64,000 nucleotides of DNA from Candidatus Hydrogenedentota bacterium (GTDB lineage: Bacteria; Hydrogenedentota; Hydrogenedentia; Hydrogenedentales; SLHB01): positions 1,216,001-1,280,000 of the forward strand of contig CAXXTH010000010.1 in the NCBI GenBank assembly GCA_963668025.2. The letters run 5' to 3'. Below the pieces are notes generated by a model, which saw only the letters and a list, made by a program, of their open reading frames with translations, was not told the origin of the DNA and searched no databases. Position numbers and translations under genes: made by a program. Below, piece after piece: positions 63,986-64,000 of the stretch (the stretch's first letter is position 1; the number at the start of each line of letters is the position of its first letter).

Positions 63986-64000
63986 GCGAGCGGAATGTTT

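Overview
Bacterial chromosomal window of roughly 55% GC (estimated by eye). The style of its prepilin/DUF1559 proteins suggests Candidatus Hydrogenedentota, but that is an inference. From left to right: (1) an Opp/Dpp peptide ABC operon interrupted by a GxxExxY gene and a tandemly duplicated 281-bp palindromic element; (2) a sugar ABC transporter and a Cna-B/carboxypeptidase-regulatory repeat surface protein; (3) a GH106-like rhamnosidase split by an intact ISKra4-family IS with an 8-bp target duplication; (4) a ferredoxin-NADP reductase, a membrane-anchored JAB-motif orphan, a CBM9-like/beta-lactamase-fold hydrolase, a D-lyxose isomerase and tRNA-Ile2(CAT); (5) a 12.6-kb defence island directly after the tRNA. 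This island is a DUF499 ATPase / DUF3780-like / DUF1156 methylase / PLD-SNF2 'restriction-like' system with a HipA-like kinase + DUF3037 pair, a small wHTH-like gene and an orphan HicB inserted in it; (6) a DeoR-associated sugar locus with two near-duplicate DUF1559 pilin-like proteins, a putative novel glycosidase, two URO-D-fold proteins and a kinase/isomerase/epimerase set; (7) a doubly deleted IS200 remnant, DUF2585 and DUF6602-like genes; (8) a LacI-associated GH36/ABC locus with a third DUF1559 gene. The intergenic DNA carries a recurring family of inverted-repeat elements whose arms are built from three 8-10-nt units. No CRISPR array, rRNA or integrase was seen. All family calls come from motif recognition, not database searches.
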